DNA of 64,000 nt from NCBI GenBank assembly GCA_013178415.1, contig JABLXA010000003.1, positions 815 through 64,814 on the forward strand. The letters are read 5' to 3'. Of this stretch, positions 39,489 to 49,279 are shown piece after piece. Source of the stretch: Bacillota bacterium. GTDB taxonomy: Bacteria > Bacillota > SHA-98 > Ch115. The position numbers were made by a program, and so were the translations under genes. Each line of letters starts with the position of its first letter. Position 1 is the stretch's first letter. Below the pieces are notes generated by a model. That model had not been told where the DNA came from, did not search any database, and worked only from the letters and a program-made list of their open reading frames with translations.

Positions 39489-40958
39489 CTATTCGCCGAG
39501 TGACTTGCCTGCTGCTCTCTTTAACCTGGCTTCCGCCAACATATAGTCATATACCGCAAAATCGCGGTTGGTGATGGCCTGCTGAAGAGCAAGCTCCGCC
39601 TGGCTTACATCACGATCTGTGGCATATCCTTTATCACGACGCAATTGAATGATCCTGAGACTCTCTTGGGCGAGCTTCACTGCGCTCTCAGCATTTTGCA
39701 CAGCGCCTTGGGCCGCTATAAAGTCATTGTAGGCTTGGTGTATTGAGAGGACTATCTGCGATTCCTGGTCGCGGACCTGTCTTGTTGCCTGCGCCACCTG
39801 TATTCGAGCCTCTTTTTCCTTTTCCAGGCTTACACCACCGTCAAATGGGGTCCACGAAAGGCTGATCCCTGCATGCCAGCCATCGTCTCCCTTTTGCTCC
39901 CCAGATAAGCCCGCATTATACTGGCCCATGTTGTATTGGCCGCTTATCTGCCAGTTCAAATCCCATGTTGGATTGCTGGTTGAGAGATCAAAAGATAATT
40001 CCTTTCCCGCATAGCCACCTGAAACCGTTATGGTGGGTTTCCGGGACTTAAGGATCTCATCTAGGTTTATGGTAGCCTCCATAAGATTATCCTTCGCCTT
40101 CTGCATCTCAAGGTGATTCTCAAGAGCACTTTCAAGGAGCTGGCCAATATCATATGATGATGGACTGTAATCAAACTCCTCTGAAAGGGACACGGAAGCA
40201 TCCAGCGGGAGCCCGGTCAGCTGGTTAAACTGCAGAGATGCTAGTTCCAGAGAAGCTCGGGCTTTAGTTACATTATCCCTGGCCTCGTCTAGAGTCTGCT
40301 GCGCCTTGAGCAAATCCGAAGTAGAGGCAATCCCTAGATTCAGTTTTGTCCTTGCATCTTGGAAGAGAATCTCCGAAAGATCAAGCGATTTCTGTGCTAG
40401 GGCCAAGGATTTCTGAGCCTTGAGAAACCCGATGTATGTGGACATGGTCTTGTAGATCACTTCTTCCTTTGAAAGAGCGAGATTCCTTTCCGCATCTCTT
40501 ATCCGAAGCATTGCAAGCTTTTCCGCCTCGGATGGGCCGGTCAAGTACTTGCCCGTTGGGAGCGAATCCTGAATAGTCATCGTGATCTCCCTCGAGTCCG
40601 TCCTTGAATCCGTGCCATTGCTCCAAAATGCGTCTGCCCTGGCACCAACTTTGACCGTGGGATTGATAAGAACATCTCGTGATACCAATGCCAGGTTCGA
40701 GCGGGCGATATCTAGGGCGTCCTTAGCATTAGCGACGGCCGGGCTGGCGGCGAGGGCAAGGTCTATGGCTTCCTTCAGCGAAAGCGTATCACCTGTAGAT
40801 CTATGCAGCTCAATATCCTCATTTTGGCTGGCAATGGCGGATCGTGTGCCCGCCCACGGCATCAATGATATTGCAGTTATGACGAATGTAATCGCCAGGC
40901 GACTGGATCTATGCACCGGCTGATCACCACCTTTCAGTATTGGAGGGGCAAAGGCCAT
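39489..40958 (-). CDS. TolC-like outer membrane efflux protein (long paralogue)
   Basis: Signal peptide; repeated OEP coiled-coil architecture (LKEAIDLALAASPAVANAKDALDIARSNL...); 489 aa. Confidence 0.7.
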   Translation of the reverse strand: MAFAPPILKGGDQPVHRSSRLAITFVITAISLMPWAGTRSAIASQNEDIELHRSTGDTLSLKEAIDLALAASPAVANAKDALDIARSNLALVSRDVLINPTVKVGARADAFWSNGTDSRTDSREITMTIQDSLPTGKYLTGPSEAEKLAMLRIRDAERNLALSKEEVIYKTMSTYIGFLKAQKSLALAQKSLDLSEILFQDARTKLNLGIASTSDLLKAQQTLDEARDNVTKARASLELASLQFNQLTGLPLDASVSLSEEFDYSPSSYDIGQLLESALENHLEMQKAKDNLMEATINLDEILKSRKPTITVSGGYAGKELSFDLSTSNPTWDLNWQISGQYNMGQYNAGLSGEQKGDDGWHAGISLSWTPFDGGVSLEKEKEARIQVAQATRQVRDQESQIVLSIHQAYNDFIAAQGAVQNAESAVKLAQESLRIIQLRRDKGYATDRDVSQAELALQQAITNRDFAVYDYMLAEARLKRAAGKSLGE

Positions 40959-41145
40959 GTGTAAGAGTTATATCATCCCGCAAAGGCCATGCGATGCGCG
41001 ATTATGGGATGATATACACCGATTTCGGGAAGTCAGGGCACCTTCCCCTGAACAGGGTACCCTCCCCTAAACTGGAAAAGCTCCTACCAAGAGTACATAA
41101 CGCATATGAGCATAATTAAGTTCCTGAGAGATAGAAAATTGCTCA

Positions 41146-41370
41146 TTGGGGATAATATCAGATGGGAAATCCATGATGCGGGGTGTAGAAACTATTGGAC
41201 GCAAGAAAGACAACGATCAGCTTCGTGAAGAGCGGGCCCTCGACCGGCTCAAATGGGAAACGGCTGAACAACTCGGCCTGGCAGATGATCTGCAAGATGC
41301 CGATGAATTGAGCGTACGCGAGGCAGGAAAGATCGGTGGCAAGGCGGACCGTCTATTGCCTCGACAATAG
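41146..41370 (+). CDS. alpha/beta-type small acid-soluble spore protein-like
   Basis: LKWETAEQLGL and EAGKIGGKADRLL resemble the two conserved SASP boxes (K-x-E-I-A-x-E-x-G; G-x-V-G-G-x-I-T-K-R-L-V). Confidence 0.4.
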   Translation: MGIISDGKSMMRGVETIGRKKDNDQLREERALDRLKWETAEQLGLADDLQDADELSVREAGKIGGKADRLLPRQ

Positions 41371-41647
41371 CAGAATGGCCGAGTAGCGTGACGCGGATAC
41401 CCCACTTATCGCCCGCTTTTATCTCGGTATAGACCGCCATTTTATCGCTGGGACGCTCCCACGTCCCGTTACATAGTAGCTGTCTTAAGATCGATACTCT
41501 TTCAGCCGCATCATTGCTCATGTATCTATTATGGAATCCAATCCGGCCCAGTTTGCACATGGAAGATAAAATCTGGTTTGTGACCGGATCAGAGCTAACG
41601 CTATATTACGATCCCTGCGGATGCTGAATTGACGCGATACCTCTTCC

Positions 41648-42118
41648 TCATCCCATCTGACGCGGCGTAAGGCGGACGCTCAGCCAGCGGAGCAGGATGC
41701 TGCATCCTATGCCGCCTAATGCCATGAGCCATTCAATAGGTAGGATGGGCGCCCGCGGGATGATGATGTGAACCGTTGCCACCGCCGCCGGAAAGAATAG
41801 GGCCTCATATGATAGCGTCTTAAAGAAGCGTGAGGTGAGCAAGCCAGCATTTATACCCCTCATATAGTATTCAGGAATATAGATGCTAAGTGCGATCAGT
41901 CCTATGGCAGAGACAAACATGAGACCGTAACCGAGGAGCACCTTCGCAAAAGGCTTCACATTTCCCTCAGCCCCTTGGTGAATACCCTCCGCCATTCCCA
42001 CAAACACCAATTGATTTCTGGCATTAGTCAGCAAAAAAAGGACAAATACCGCGGCAATACCGATGGTGATGATACTCATCACTATGGCCAGAAATGAATA
42101 AAGCGGTCTGCTCTTCAT
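41648..42118 (-). CDS. hypothetical integral membrane protein (4 TM)
   Basis: Hydrophobic segments only. Confidence 0.4.
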   Translation of the reverse strand: MKSRPLYSFLAIVMSIITIGIAAVFVLFLLTNARNQLVFVGMAEGIHQGAEGNVKPFAKVLLGYGLMFVSAIGLIALSIYIPEYYMRGINAGLLTSRFFKTLSYEALFFPAAVATVHIIIPRAPILPIEWLMALGGIGCSILLRWLSVRLTPRQMG

Positions 42119-42255
42119 GGATTCAAATCCCTCCTTCCGGCCCTCCGAGGGGCCAAATCATACGCTGAATCTTATAGCCAGATCTCATCGAATCCTGCGA
42201 TGTCAGAGAGCCCAGCCTTCAAGCGTTGGGAGGAAATGCTGCGGGATTTGATGAA

Positions 42256-43686
42256 TTATGCAAAATGATGCCCTAGCATTCGATCCCTGGGATCGAAAAG
42301 TTCCGCATAAAGATCGAGGGCCCCCCGATCAGTCAATGAGGCAAGATAAATGGCAACTTCACGTGCTATGTCTTTTGGATTCGAAAGACCTTTCAGTCTG
42401 AGCTGAGCCCCCTCGGACAAAAGCCGGTGATTCTCCATGAGACGATCAAAGAGGCTGGTCATGATCCACCTTTCCTTCTCATTCTGTCGTTCAACCAAGG
42501 GGCTGCTATATACATTTTCAAATAGATACTTCACCATCTTTAGAATGCCATCCTGCAATGTCGCTGGTAACGAGATGACCGGGATCCCCCAATTGATCAC
42601 ATCTTCATGGACCTTTAGGTTATGAGATCTGGCAAGGTCGGTACTATATCTTACGGCTTCTTTTATGGTCTTATCTATGAGGTGACGCCTGGCACGGGTG
42701 ATGAGGAGGCGACGTTTGTCCTCGCGGGATAGGGATTCGGCGCGATGACTCCTGTCAAACTCTAGGACAGCCATCTCCCAGCACTCATGCCATAGACTCA
42801 AGCTATCTTCTCCGGCTATAGTCTCGGGGCTTAAGAGGCCGACTTCAATGGCATCCTGAATATCATGTCCGGCATAGGCTATAATATCTGCCAGATTCAC
42901 TACTTGCGCCTCTGGGATAGGCTGCAGGCACTCGTCGAAATCCCTTGCGGGCCTGTCAAAGGGGGTCTCATGGCGTGCAATGCCCTGGCGCGTCGCATAT
43001 GTCAAATTGAGTCCCGGGGCGTCAGGATAGACAAGCTCCAGTTCGTCAACCACAAGAAGCGAATGCCTGTTGGAATCCCATCCCCTTTCATCCCCATACC
43101 TCCGGAGACATTGGTCCAGCGCCTCTTCCCCTGCATGGCCAAAAGGCGAATGTCCAAGATCATGAGCCAGGGCAATAGCCTCAGCTAAAGGCTCGCTCAA
43201 TCCCAGCAAACGCGCCATGGTCCGGCTTATCTGAGCCACCTCCAGGGTGTGAGTGAGCCTGGTGCGGTAAAAATCGCCCTCATGGATGAGATATACCTGA
43301 GTTTTATACTGGAGTTTATGAAAAGCGACACTATGAAGCACACGGTCTCGATCCCGATTATACGGATCCCTAGGATCTTGGTCGACCACTGGGATCCTCC
43401 GAGCAGACCATGGTTCCTTATCTGGAGTGGATAAATATGTGAGGAGAGCCTCCCGCCTAGGATCTTGCTCTGGATGGTTCAAAATCCACACTCTCCCATT
43501 GATGGATGTCTTGCCGGCTCCCGTCGCGCCCACAAATGCCACAGTCCGGCCGCGCTTCACATGGAAACTCACATCACCCCCGGCCCGACTACTGCATTTA
43601 CTGACACTGGCATGCCCCCTGCAGCACAACCCCATCAGGGCGGTGACACTCATGTCCAGATCCAGCCTCAGTAAATAATACCTCAA
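42256..43686 (-). CDS. dgt: dGTP triphosphohydrolase-like HD-domain protein; the annotated 5' ~75 codons are chimeric and the native start is probably internal
   Basis: DPRDPYNRDRDRVLHSVAFHKLQYKTQVY...RTRLTHTLEVAQISRTMARLLG...ALAHDLGHSPFGHAGE Dgt motifs. ORF codons ~30-62 (DVSFHVKRGRTVAFVGATGAGKTS) are an ABC-ATPase Walker-A fragment. Confidence 0.75.
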   Translation of the reverse strand: MRYYLLRLDLDMSVTALMGLCCRGHASVSKCSSRAGGDVSFHVKRGRTVAFVGATGAGKTSINGRVWILNHPEQDPRREALLTYLSTPDKEPWSARRIPVVDQDPRDPYNRDRDRVLHSVAFHKLQYKTQVYLIHEGDFYRTRLTHTLEVAQISRTMARLLGLSEPLAEAIALAHDLGHSPFGHAGEEALDQCLRRYGDERGWDSNRHSLLVVDELELVYPDAPGLNLTYATRQGIARHETPFDRPARDFDECLQPIPEAQVVNLADIIAYAGHDIQDAIEVGLLSPETIAGEDSLSLWHECWEMAVLEFDRSHRAESLSREDKRRLLITRARRHLIDKTIKEAVRYSTDLARSHNLKVHEDVINWGIPVISLPATLQDGILKMVKYLFENVYSSPLVERQNEKERWIMTSLFDRLMENHRLLSEGAQLRLKGLSNPKDIAREVAIYLASLTDRGALDLYAELFDPRDRMLGHHFA

Positions 43687-43701
43687 TTTTCATACAGAAA
43701 C

Positions 43702-43740
43702 AAGGGGCGTAGAACTTGCTACACCCCTTGTTTGCCTCGT
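43702..43740 (-). terminator. rho-independent terminator downstream of pfp
   Basis: aaggggcgtag-aacttg-ctacacccctt hairpin with flanking T-rich tracts. Confidence 0.5.
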
Positions 43741-43845
43741 CAGGCTGCGTATGTCGCACTAGATACGAAGAGATGCAATAATAGCAGCCATTTCTTTGAA
43801 CCGGACGATCCTGCTCTATCAGGAAACCGCCCAGGCAGTCTCAGA

Positions 43846-44907
43846 CTACCGGAAAAGGGATTTGGCCACTTCCCAAAGCTCCGCCGGTACGGTCTTTGTC
43901 TTGCCAACTGCGACTTCAAGCGCCACAGGCTTTATGGAATCTCCCACCACCGCGGGCATCATTCCAAACTGCCCGGCCTTCACCATATCTACGGCAGCAA
44001 GACCGAGCCTGGTTGGAAGATATCTGTCCCGGAGCACCGGGGGTCCGCCCCTCTGGATGTGCCCGATGACTGCTGATCTGGTGGAGATGCCAGTCTTCTT
44101 CTGAATTATATCTGCCACAGCCGGCCCTACGCCGCGGAGTCCAAGCCTGGTATGGCCAAATGCATCTACCTCAACTTCAGCCCCCGCCTCCGCTCCGGCT
44201 GCCTCAGAAAGCCTGATGGCCTCAGAGACGACTACTGTCCCGAATCGGCGGCCTTTGTTCTTTATCTCAACCAGATGGTTGCACATCTCGTCGAGATCCG
44301 TCTCAAATTCAGGCAGCATTATCCAATCTGCCCCTCCGGCCATGCCAGTCATCAACGCGACCCAGCCAGCTTCTCGTCCCATGACCTCCAGGACCATGAC
44401 CCGCTGGTGAGATTTTGCCGTGTCCTTGAGCCTTTCCAGAGCATCCACCGCTACAGACACCGCCGTATCGAAACCGATGCAATAATCCGTCCCTGATACA
44501 TCGTTGTCCATGGTCTTGGGAACTCCCACGCACGGGGCTCCCTCTTTGCTGAGCTTGTTCGCGACTCCCAGAGTATCATCTCCGCCGATCGCGACTACTG
44601 CGTCAAGTCCAAGTTTTCCGATATTCTCTATGGCCTTCTGCTTGTCCGCTTCATTCTTGTACGGATTGGTGCGGGATGTACCGAGCATTGTGCCGCCCAC
44701 GGAGATTATATCCCGCACATCATTCACTCCAATGGGGCCTGCATCTGCCTTAATGAGCCCGGCCCAGCCTTCACGAATACCGTACACCTCGTACCCATAA
44801 TCAGCTGCACGATATACGACTGCGCGTATGGCGGGGTTCAAACCCGGGCAGTCCCCTCCACCTGTCAAGACTCCAATTCTCTTGATGGTAGCCATTCTCT
44901 CATTCAC
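43846..44907 (-). CDS. pfp: pyrophosphate-dependent 6-phosphofructokinase (short Pfp type)
   Basis: GGDDTLG (Asp in place of Gly104) and PKTMDND (Lys in place of Gly124), the residues that mark PPi-PFKs; 4-nt overlap with fba. Confidence 0.75.
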   Translation of the reverse strand: MNERMATIKRIGVLTGGGDCPGLNPAIRAVVYRAADYGYEVYGIREGWAGLIKADAGPIGVNDVRDIISVGGTMLGTSRTNPYKNEADKQKAIENIGKLGLDAVVAIGGDDTLGVANKLSKEGAPCVGVPKTMDNDVSGTDYCIGFDTAVSVAVDALERLKDTAKSHQRVMVLEVMGREAGWVALMTGMAGGADWIMLPEFETDLDEMCNHLVEIKNKGRRFGTVVVSEAIRLSEAAGAEAGAEVEVDAFGHTRLGLRGVGPAVADIIQKKTGISTRSAVIGHIQRGGPPVLRDRYLPTRLGLAAVDMVKAGQFGMMPAVVGDSIKPVALEVAVGKTKTVPAELWEVAKSLFR

Positions 44908-45830
44908 TCCCTTGAAAGCTCTTTCTCGGTCAGCTTCTCTGCTTTACCCATAGGGGCCGCTCCGCGACCCATCGTATCTCCGGCCTTTCCAGAGCATCCA
45001 AAGAGGCGCATCTTGGCCTTCACGACTTCTTTGACGAGATCTTTGGCTCGGGTCAAAGCCTTCCTGGGGTCGACTTCATTCGGATTTTTCTCCATTGCTT
45101 CTTTGACGCCACGGGTAAATGCCTTGTTCAATTCAGTAGCGATATTGATCTTGCAGATACCTGCAGGGATCCCTAGCCTATAACCTTCATCAGTCACACC
45201 TGAAGCGCCATGCAGGACCAAAGGAATACCTGTGAGCTCCTTGATCTTCTTAATCCTGTCGATATCCAGCCTGGCCTCCTGGATCTTCATCCTGTGAATG
45301 CTCCCGACAGAGACTGCTAGCGAATCCACGCCGGTCAGTTCCACGAATTTCTTAGCTTCTTCTGGGTCTGTCATCAATGCCTTGAGCTCCTCAAAGCTCA
45401 CATCCCCCGCCTGAGGCACCTTGCCGAGCTCAGCTTCCACCGGAATCCCACATGCATGGGCCATCTCCGTGATCTTGCTGGTTATCTTGACGTTTTCCTC
45501 AAATGGCAGGGCTGATCCATCGAACATCAATGATGTAAAACCAGCCCTCAGGCACCTCACGTTTTGCGCATAGTCTGTTCCATGATCCAGGTGAAGGACT
45601 ACAGGCACGGATACGGCTTCGGCGGCCACCTTCACCATCCCCACGATCTGCTCAAGACCTGCATATTTGATGGCGCCCTGGCTGGCCTGCAGGATAACAG
45701 GAGCCTGTTCCTCCTCGGCGGCCTCGATTATGGCTTGGACATATTCGAGGTTATTTGCGTTGAATGCGCCAACGGCATAACCTCCGGCCTGAGCAGCTTT
45801 AAGTACCTCCTTGCTTGTCACTAGCGGCAT
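44904..45830 (-). CDS. fba: class II fructose-bisphosphate aldolase
   Basis: GYAVGAFNANNLE...HLDHG...HGASG motifs. Confidence 0.9.
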   Translation of the reverse strand: MPLVTSKEVLKAAQAGGYAVGAFNANNLEYVQAIIEAAEEEQAPVILQASQGAIKYAGLEQIVGMVKVAAEAVSVPVVLHLDHGTDYAQNVRCLRAGFTSLMFDGSALPFEENVKITSKITEMAHACGIPVEAELGKVPQAGDVSFEELKALMTDPEEAKKFVELTGVDSLAVSVGSIHRMKIQEARLDIDRIKKIKELTGIPLVLHGASGVTDEGYRLGIPAGICKINIATELNKAFTRGVKEAMEKNPNEVDPRKALTRAKDLVKEVVKAKMRLFGCSGKAGDTMGRGAAPMGKAEKLTEKELSRE

Positions 45831-46032
45831 CTTATAAAACCTCCTTATGCTAAAATATAGCCACGATGGTCCTATGGAAAAGCACCGCCGCGGCCAGTGC
45901 TAGGCTAATTGCTCAGAAATAGCATTTGCCTCTTCCCGCCTTCTATTCGGCAAGTATCGCCGGATTCCTGCTGAATGAAGAAATGGAAATTGCATAAAGT
46001 GTATCGAATAATGAAAGGAGTGCTGAAAATCT

Positions 46033-46791
46033 ATGGTAGCCGCCGCTGTTCTCGGAATAGTCTCCGGCCTTATAGGCACCGGACTCGGCGGACTCATAAC
46101 ATTCCTACACCCGAGGCCTGGCAGGCAGCTCTTGGCATCACTCCTCGCATTCGCGGGTGGCATAATGCTGTCAATGGTTATCTTTGACCTGTTGCCGGCC
46201 TCCATCAACACGTCGGGTGGCATTGCAGGTGCATGTTCCTTCGGGCTTGGCGTCATTGCCATCTCAAGGCTTGAAAAGGCATTTTTCTCCGAACACGGCA
46301 AGCCAATTCGCATCATATCGCATGCTTCCAAACGCCCGGGCAGAAATGGATACTTGCGGACCGGCCTGATGGTAGCCCTGGGAATAGCTCTTCATGATCT
46401 GACCGAAGGGCTTGCCATCGGGGCGGGATATGCGCTCCAGCAGGACCTGGGCCTCAGGGTAGCTGTGATGATGGCGCTCCATAATATCCCTGAAGGTATC
46501 GCCATAGCGGGTCCGCTCAGGCTGGCTACAGTCCGCCCCTGGAAAGCGCTCCTCGTCACTCTCCTGGCCAGCAGTCCCACAGGATTGGGGGCCCTGGCAG
46601 GTGTCCTCGCCGGGGATATATCCGCGGCCTTTCTTGGGGTGAGCCTTGCCATAGCAGCAGGCGCTATGACAGCCGTGGCTGCTATCGATCTTCTCCCCGA
46701 CGCCATAAACATGGCGCAGGTTCACGCAGGAATGGGCGCCCTGATTGGAATCCTCGCAGGCATTATCCTCACTCGACTTGATGTATCTTGA
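46033..46791 (+). CDS. zupT: ZIP-family metal (Zn) transporter
   Basis: HDLTEGLAIGAGYA and HNIPEGIAIAGPL ZIP signatures; 8 TM. Confidence 0.85.
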   Translation: MVAAAVLGIVSGLIGTGLGGLITFLHPRPGRQLLASLLAFAGGIMLSMVIFDLLPASINTSGGIAGACSFGLGVIAISRLEKAFFSEHGKPIRIISHASKRPGRNGYLRTGLMVALGIALHDLTEGLAIGAGYALQQDLGLRVAVMMALHNIPEGIAIAGPLRLATVRPWKALLVTLLASSPTGLGALAGVLAGDISAAFLGVSLAIAAGAMTAVAAIDLLPDAINMAQVHAGMGALIGILAGIILTRLDVS

Positions 46792-48190
46792 TCAGGTTCG
46801 TGGTCCCGGGAACTCCCGTGCGCACGCCGGCTGTAATGGCCACTAAGTCGCCGCGTCCGATGATCCCGGTAGCAAGGCCTGATTCTACGGCAATATCGAG
46901 CATATCATCGATATTTCTAGCAGAGCGCGATACTATGGGGCAGACTCCCCACACAAGCGAAAGCTTTCGTGCAACATCGGGATTCGGAGTGACGGCCACG
47001 ATAGGCACCCTCGGACGGTACTTGGAAGCCATCCTCGCGGTAGCTCCTGACTGAGTGGATGTCAGGATTGCCTTTATATGTAGATCGTGAGCTATCTGGC
47101 TGGCAGCATGACTTATTGCGTCGGCCACCGTCGGCGTTGGGGTCATCTGCCTTTCAAAGAAGATCTCCTCATATCTCGAACTTGATTCGATAGCCTCAGC
47201 TATTTTTGACATCATTTTCACTGCCTGGACCGGATAGCATCCCACAGCGGTCTCCCCTGAAAGCATGATGGCGTCAGTGCCATCGAGAATGGCATTTGCC
47301 ACATCGGTGACTTCCGCCCTTGTCGGACGCGGGTTATGAATCATTGACTCAAGCATTTCAGTAGCGATGATAACCGGTTTGCCTTTTCGATTGCACTCCG
47401 TCACGATCATCTTTTGCACCAGAGGGACCCTTTCAGGAGGCGTTTCAACCCCAAGATCCCCGCGAGCCACCATCACTCCGTCTGCCGCTTCCACGATTTC
47501 GCTGATATTATTGACCCCTTCACCGGATTCGATCTTCGCGATCACATCAGCATTGCTACCACATTGCCTGACCATTGTCTTGACTTCAGCAACATCCCGA
47601 GCCTTGCGGATAAAGGAAGCGGCAACGAAATCTGCTCCCTGGGAGAGCCCGATGCGCAGGTCCTCGATATCCTTATCGGTGACAGCAGGAAGGTCTATGC
47701 TGACCCCGGGAAGGGTTACTCCTTTTCTTGAACCAAGAATTCCGCCGGAGATTACCTGACATAAGATATGATCACGAGCCAGATCCACTTCTTCCACCTG
47801 AAGCTCAATGAGCCCATCGCTCAATAATATCCTGGATCCCGGCCTGACTGATTGGGTGAGCTTTGGATACCCGATGCTCAGGATCTCGGCATTGCCTTCG
47901 AGGGGCCTTGTAGTCAAGGAAACAAACGATCCAGTCGTCAGCTCTATCTTGCCGCCTTCCACCGGCCCGGTCCGGATCTTTGGCCCTGCGATGTCAATCA
48001 TCAGGCTCACATGCCGGCCGAGCTGCGAGGCTATATCCCGGACGGCGGCCATCCGTCGTATATGCTCCTCATGGGTTCCATGGGACATGTTGATTCTCGC
48101 TACATCCATGCCAGACTGGATGAGCTTGCGCAAAAGCTCGGGTGAATCAGTCGCCGGGCCGAGGGTGCAGATAATCTTTGTCCGTTTCAT
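46769..48190 (-). CDS. pyk: pyruvate kinase (no PEP-utilizer extension)
   Basis: MKRTKIICTLGPAT...ARINMSHGTHEEH...MVARGDLGVE; convergent 23-nt overlap with zupT. Confidence 0.9.
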   Translation of the reverse strand: MKRTKIICTLGPATDSPELLRKLIQSGMDVARINMSHGTHEEHIRRMAAVRDIASQLGRHVSLMIDIAGPKIRTGPVEGGKIELTTGSFVSLTTRPLEGNAEILSIGYPKLTQSVRPGSRILLSDGLIELQVEEVDLARDHILCQVISGGILGSRKGVTLPGVSIDLPAVTDKDIEDLRIGLSQGADFVAASFIRKARDVAEVKTMVRQCGSNADVIAKIESGEGVNNISEIVEAADGVMVARGDLGVETPPERVPLVQKMIVTECNRKGKPVIIATEMLESMIHNPRPTRAEVTDVANAILDGTDAIMLSGETAVGCYPVQAVKMMSKIAEAIESSSRYEEIFFERQMTPTPTVADAISHAASQIAHDLHIKAILTSTQSGATARMASKYRPRVPIVAVTPNPDVARKLSLVWGVCPIVSRSARNIDDMLDIAVESGLATGIIGRGDLVAITAGVRTGVPGTTNLIKIHQVE

Positions 48191-48217
48191 ACGACTTTCT
48201 TCCTTCCAAATCTCAGG

Positions 48218-49279
48218 TCAAGTAAGCATCTGCGCCAACCGGTAATCGTCCAGGTTTATGGATTTCTTCTGACTTATCGCGTAGGTGATATCAAAATCCT
48301 GAAGCTGGCCGCCGATGATTCCCACCATTCTTCCTGCGGAGCCGGACATGAGAAGTTTTACGGCTCGCTCGCCGAATCTGGAAGCGAGGATCCGGTCCTG
48401 AGCCGTGGGATTGCCGCCACGCTGTATGTAACCAAGCACAGTGACCCGGGTCTCGAGGTCTATCTTGTCCCTTATCGCTCTCCCTATCTTAAACCCCGCG
48501 CTATGGCCGAATTCCAGGTCAGGATCATGATATCCGCCGACTCCCTCGGCGACTACTATGATACTATGAGTCTTGCCGCGTTGATAGCCCTTCACGATCT
48601 TCTGACAGATTTCGTCCAAATTGAACGGGACCTCAGGGATCAGGATATGTTCGGCTCCCCCTGCGAGGCCGGCAGAAAGGGCTAGAAAGCCTGTTGTCCT
48701 GCCCATGACCTCGATGATATTGACCCGGCCATGGGAGCTTGCAGTATCCCTTATCTTCGTGATAGCATCAAGGGCAGAGTTCAGAGCAGTGTCAAATCCT
48801 ATGGTATAATCTGTACAGGATACATCATTATCGATACTTGCAGGGATTCCCATGGTCGGAACTCCCAAATCCGCCAGGCATTTCGCTCCCCTGAAGGATC
48901 CATCGCCACCTATGACAACCAGTCCTTCAATTCCATGTTTCTGTAGTTGGGCGACTGCCTTTTTCCGGCCTTCCTCTGTCTTGAATTCCTCAGATCTCGC
49001 CGAGCGAAGGATGGTACCCGCCCTCTGAACGATATCTCCCACGGAACGCGTATCCATCTCAGCCATCTCACCGTTGATGAGACCGGCATAACCTCTCGAT
49101 ATCCCTACGACGCTGAGGCCATAATATAATCCTGACCTTACCACAGACCTTATCGCAGCATTCATCCCCGGCGCGTCGCCGCCACTTGTGAGTACAGCTA
49201 TTCGCTTCAAACTTCCTCCCTCCAACCACAATCGCGTGACTTCACCGAATATCCAAGTATATCCAGTAAATATGCTCAC
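48218..49279 (-). CDS. pfkA: ATP-dependent 6-phosphofructokinase
   Basis: GGDGSFRGA (Gly104) and GIPASIDND; 4-nt overlap with accA. Confidence 0.9.
   Translation of the reverse strand: MSIFTGYTWIFGEVTRLWLEGGSLKRIAVLTSGGDAPGMNAAIRSVVRSGLYYGLSVVGISRGYAGLINGEMAEMDTRSVGDIVQRAGTILRSARSEEFKTEEGRKKAVAQLQKHGIEGLVVIGGDGSFRGAKCLADLGVPTMGIPASIDNDVSCTDYTIGFDTALNSALDAITKIRDTASSHGRVNIIEVMGRTTGFLALSAGLAGGAEHILIPEVPFNLDEICQKIVKGYQRGKTHSIIVVAEGVGGYHDPDLEFGHSAGFKIGRAIRDKIDLETRVTVLGYIQRGGNPTAQDRILASRFGERAVKLLMSGSAGRMVGIIGGQLQDFDITYAISQKKSINLDDYRLAQMLT

Noticed and set aside
33457-41000. Extending the tRNA-Leu-associated island rightwards over the efflux operon
   Set aside because: No att-like direct repeat of the tRNA 3' end was spotted by eye downstream, and the efflux genes look like core envelope functions. 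The question is left open pending a computed repeat search.
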